A DNA stretch of 63,746 bases, filler included, from Craspedostauros australis (lineage: Eukaryota): NCBI GenBank assembly GCA_030167865.1. It is 12 parts of 12 records of this genome, joined end to end, with 100 filler letters (N's around TTAATTAATTAA, not from the genome) between each part and the next. Parts side by side here need not be neighbours in the genome. Positions count along the whole stretch, not along the records: positions 59,522 to 62,438 come from JALAGF010003031.1; positions 62,539 to 63,746 come from JALAGF010003037.1; 10 more parts are not named here. One strand, 5' to 3'. The translations under genes were made by a program, and so were the position numbers. Below the pieces are notes generated by a model. It was not told where the DNA came from, did no database searches, and worked only from the letters and a program-made list of their open reading frames with translations. This document shows, piece by piece, positions 60,468-63,746 of this stretch; the first letter of the stretch is position 1, and every line of letters starts with the position of its first letter.

Positions 60468-61865
60468 TCAAGAACCGGTGTTCCATGATCCTTGGGTGCC
60501 AGGTCGTCTGTTCTTGTGATTGCCTGTGCGAGGCCGCTTGGACCCTCGCTGGGTCAGTGGCAACTCGAGGTTGCGCGCGTACTCTGTTGGCTTGTTGCGC
60601 TTGAGTGTGTCTTCATCGATTGATTTCCCGGTGGTGCGGAAGTGACGAGACGCCTCGACGAGGAGCACTTGAGTGCTTGCCGGCATGCGACGGAAGACGG
60701 AGTCCGGCAACCGAAATGATGCGGCGCCCTTGCGATCCCACTTGGAGGATTCGCGTGGCCTCTTGCAGTCGTCCTTGGTGTCCTTCTGCTGGTATCGACA
60801 GTTGCGCTTGGGAGAGTAGTGTCCTTCCGACTTTGTGAGGAGCGCATCATGTTGCATGAACGCCTCTCGGATTGCGTTGAAGGACTGTTCCGTGTGACGG
60901 AACCTGGACATCTCGCTCGTGAAGCGATCGTCCGTGATGTTGCGGAAGAACTTTGCGATCTTCTGTTGGTCTGTCATTTGCTTCCCGTTCTGCTCCATGA
61001 CGCGGATGCATCTGGAGAAAGCATTGACGAATACTGGGAAGGGCTCGGATCCGTAATAACGGAGCTCGGCGATTTTCTGTTCTTCTTCGACGATGGCTTC
61101 AGCTTTGTGTTCGGGTGACTCGTATGTTCGCACGAGTGCCTGGAACGCATCGTGTCCGTTGGGTTCGTGGGCTTCCACGATGAACGCTGCACATCCATCT
61201 GCTGTCTTCGTGTGCAGCACTGTGTACAGCTGCTGGTCGATCTCTGCCTCGAAGTGCGATGGTTTGTCAGCACTGAGATATGCGGCGTATCTGGATGTGA
61301 CCAGCTGGCGCTTGAATGCGATCTTCCAGTCGTACCAGTCGCAGTTCATTCCAGTGAACTCGGGTGCTTCCGGCATGCTGACCTTGTCGAACTTCCATCC
61401 TGATGGAGTTCGCAGGGTCCGTGGTGATTGTGATGTGCGTGTCGCGCGGCTCGGAGAGCTGACGGTTATCTCGCGGCTGGTTGCGACTGTCATCTCCGTG
61501 GCTGCGGCTGCCTCTCTGATTGCGATTTCCGATCGGACTTGAGCGGCTGCGTTCGCGACTGGCGTGCTGACCTCTGGTGGCACGTAGTTGTTCGCGTCGT
61601 TGAACAGGTCAATTGCTGCCCAATCTGTGCGTGCAGTGATCGTGTTGGCTCTTGCGTACACGAAGATGCGGAGGATGTTGGTGATGCTGATTGCTGACAG
61701 CGTTGGCGAAAGCGTCAATGCCGCCACGATGGTCGCGTCCGAGTTGCGGATTGTGCGATTGAGTCTCCCGAGCTTCTTGCCGAGGAACTCCATCTCTTCA
61801 TCATCGAGCTGAACCAGCTCTTGGATGATCTTGTTGAAGGTATTGATGTTGGTTGGACGGTCCAT
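60468..61865 (-). CDS. Copia gag (465 aa) ending at an in-frame UGA
   Basis: PEFTG...WYDWK..F, DQQLY..L..KT..G.A..IV......NGHDAF..L...YE, F..F...F; lies directly downstream of the PBS. Confidence 0.85.
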   Translation of the reverse strand: MDRPTNINTFNKIIQELVQLDDEEMEFLGKKLGRLNRTIRNSDATIVAALTLSPTLSAISITNILRIFVYARANTITARTDWAAIDLFNDANNYVPPEVSTPVANAAAQVRSEIAIREAAAATEMTVATSREITVSSPSRATRTSQSPRTLRTPSGWKFDKVSMPEAPEFTGMNCDWYDWKIAFKRQLVTSRYAAYLSADKPSHFEAEIDQQLYTVLHTKTADGCAAFIVEAHEPNGHDAFQALVRTYESPEHKAEAIVEEEQKIAELRYYGSEPFPVFVNAFSRCIRVMEQNGKQMTDQQKIAKFFRNITDDRFTSEMSRFRHTEQSFNAIREAFMQHDALLTKSEGHYSPKRNCRYQQKDTKDDCKRPRESSKWDRKGAASFRLPDSVFRRMPASTQVLLVEASRHFRTTGKSIDEDTLKRNKPTEYARNLELPLTQRGSKRPRTGNHKNRRPGTQGSWNTGS

Positions 61866-61912
61866 GGTGATAGCTCGAAAGGTGGTAAAAGGGTAGTGTG
61901 GTGTTGGGTGTT

Positions 61913-61942
61913 GCTCAGTGTTGGTAAGCACGACTCTTAATC
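61913..61942 (-). promoter_or_regulatory. Primer-binding site complementary to the 5' half of tRNA-Lys(CUU)
   Basis: The plus strand reads GCTCAG-TG-TTGGTA-A-GCACGACTCTTAATC, resembling the D-arm and anticodon arm (CTCTTAA loop) of tRNA-Lys(CTT), and abuts the LTR end. Confidence 0.75.
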
Positions 61943-62112
61943 TGTCAAACAGTGCAAGTAACTACGAAAGACGTATTGGCCCGTTGTTGCGTGCCCTGGT
62001 CGGAGCTCTTGTTGTTTATTTGTGAGTGCTGTCCGAAGACAGCCCCCGACCAGTATTTGACTAATAGGATTAGTAAAGAAGTAAGAAGTAAGGAATTCTG
62101 TGAGAATTGTCA
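61943..62112 (-). repeat. Putative 170-bp LTR (TGACA...TGACA on the minus strand)
   Basis: TG..CA termini, internal AATAAA and adjacency to the PBS. The outer boundary is inferred because no second LTR is present in the window. Confidence 0.55.
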
Positions 62113-63057
62113 CTCCTCGTCAATGAATGATCGTGGACGACACGATGTTGGCGTCACAAGCTCAACGGCCAATACGTGGAGACTCACCTTGAGAATCATC
62201 GATCGTGAAAAGGCCAGTCGGCACCTGTCACGTGGTGTACGAGCATCGTGGACATCGAAAACAACCCACGCTGTGCCACACTACCGATGCTGCCACTACC
62301 AAACCAAGGCCAACGACCTGCAAAACGAAACAGCGCAAAGCATCATGGCACAACTCTGTTGGAACATGACGAATATTCAGATTCGTGTATGACCCGGTAG
62401 GGGTCACAGTTGCGCAAATGACTGCTCACACATATTTGNNNNNNNNNNNNNNNNNNNNNNNNNNNNNNNNNNNNNNNNNNNNTTAATTAATTAANNNNNN
62501 NNNNNNNNNNNNNNNNNNNNNNNNNNNNNNNNNNNNNNGCCTACAGATCGACCAATGGAACAAGTGCTGTGACATCAATGCTGCATGAAGATGTTGTTGG
62601 AATCGTGGCGGCCATCTGCACGGCTTTGGATGCAGCACTCCTGATGCGGTTGGGAGGCGCCGCATCATTCGATTGAGATCGCCGTTCGTGCCGATCTGCG
62701 ATGGGCCGTGCACAGCACTTCTGGATGGAAACATCATCAGTCACCACCACATTAACGAACGGTGACGATGAGTGCGTCGAGCGTGTTGGGCTTGCGAAGC
62801 ACGGATGGTAGCATCTTGAGGGTGGCAACAGGGAGCGGTCACACAATGGTACTACTGGAGTGCGCATCTACCACCCAACCGATCCAAGTGAGAGTGGTAC
62901 GGTGATACTCGTCCACGATGGTCGAGCACCGCAGTCCCTCGCTGTTGCTGTACAATGCACTCCCACGACCCGTACTGCTCTGTACGTACGATACAATGCG
63001 ATATACTCTACAGTAGAGGAGCACGGTACTAGGATAAAACAATGAACTACGGCCACT

Positions 63058-63738
63058 CTACCGATTCAATATCTCCACAAGATCACGTTGTCGTCCAGCC
63101 TTGGGCAAACTGGAATCGGCTGGCATGGATAACAGTTCATGCGACGACGGTGATGACGGCGTGGACGACGTCGTGATGGGCATATCCAGCGGTGCGTCGT
63201 TCATCTTCTCTTCGTAGGCTCCGTCGATGCGCGTGGCGTTCCATCGATCCGACGATGCTTGCAACGACTCGGCGTGGGATTGCTGCAACACTCGAAGAGT
63301 CTCCTGACGTTCCCTCTTGGCGCGAGTGACCTCGAAGCATGCCAACGCCATCTCTTGATCCGAGACGCCATTCTTGCGCAGCAATTGCACGCGCGACGAT
63401 GATGGGATGCGTTCCACCTTGGGCTTGCGGGATGGCAGACGGAACTGCTCAAACAATTTCAAATTGCACGAGGTGCGATTCTGGCACTCCCAATCCACCG
63501 TGATGGGACATCCGTCGCGGACGCTGGGATTGTCACCGACGATCAGCGGCAATTCCAGGATTTCGATGTCTCCGAACTTCACGCTCTTCGGCCTGCTGGG
63601 CTCTGGTGCTGTTGCTGTTGCCGCGGGGAGAGATGGATGTCCAATGTTCATAGTCGGGCTGACGATCCTCTTGCCAACCTCCGGTGATGACGACTGCGAT
63701 GACGACTGCGATGACGAGGTGGACTCCGTCGATTGCAA
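63058..63738 (-). CDS. Second 'GDNPS' family protein (5' end probably outside the window)
   Basis: KSVKFGDIEILELPLIVGDNPSVRDGCPITVDWE...R.QLLRKNG.S..E; the ORF starts at a TTG at the window edge. Confidence 0.75.
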   Translation of the reverse strand: MQSTESTSSSQSSSQSSSPEVGKRIVSPTMNIGHPSLPAATATAPEPSRPKSVKFGDIEILELPLIVGDNPSVRDGCPITVDWECQNRTSCNLKLFEQFRLPSRKPKVERIPSSSRVQLLRKNGVSDQEMALACFEVTRAKRERQETLRVLQQSHAESLQASSDRWNATRIDGAYEEKMNDAPLDMPITTSSTPSSPSSHELLSMPADSSLPKAGRQRDLVEILNR

Positions 63739-63746
63739 ATGCGCCT

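Larger units (their letters stand above)
59590..62112 (-). mobile_element. 5' part of a CoDi-like copia element: LTR, PBS, gag, protease, start of pre-integrase region
   Basis: Putative LTR 62112-61943, PBS from 61942, gag 61865-60468, in-frame protease (ILDSGAD) and SLFNTHHMRASG.NV.D region; coding ends near 59590. Confidence 0.85.

Noticed and set aside
61913..61942. Possible tRNA-Lys gene
   Set aside because: Only D-arm and anticodon-like parts are present, with no T-arm or acceptor stem; better explained as a PBS.
62113..62118. GAGGAG before the LTR as a polypurine tract of a tandem upstream element
   Set aside because: Only 6 nt, and the upstream sequence shows no RNase H C-terminal motif.
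1567..62538. TTAATTAATTAA flanked by 44 N on each side, 11 times (starting at 1567, 14741, 20356, 23833, 25718, 51013, 55187, 56582, 58138, 59422, 62439)
   Set aside because: Identical 100-bp artificial contig spacer with stops in all six frames; not biological. ORFs ending in ...LIN or ...N at these sites are artefacts.

Overview
Eukaryotic nuclear sequence, most likely a pennate diatom. This is inferred from bipartite ASAFAP-type plastid presequences, CoDi-type copia elements and diatom-expanded HA-domain and 'GDNPS' families; the species cannot be determined. The window is 12 contigs joined by artificial 100-bp spacers (44 N + TTAATTAATTAA + 44 N), so adjacency across spacers is unproven. 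Host genes include FolD, the ADP/ATP carrier, MRPL49/Img2, a CSDE1/UNR-like protein, a P450 fragment, a GT31 glycosyltransferase, an SGNH/TBL-like protein, a Vma22/CCDC115-like protein, ankyrin, TAZ and HA-domain proteins, an intron-containing secreted metzincin and a catalytically degenerate SNase-Excalibur protein. There are also several Ty1/copia fragments. Highlight 1: a CoDi-like copia 5' end (59.6-62.1 kb, minus strand) whose gag and protease are in one frame separated by a single UGA in a CAA-UCA readthrough context with a downstream stem/pseudoknot candidate. It also has an extended primer site matching the 5' half of tRNA-Lys(CUU) and a structured ~170-bp LTR. Highlight 2: a 195-bp tandem repeat arranged as two inverted arrays around a short core (15.5-18.3 kb), with a diverged second locus of the same architecture at 51.1-52.0 kb.
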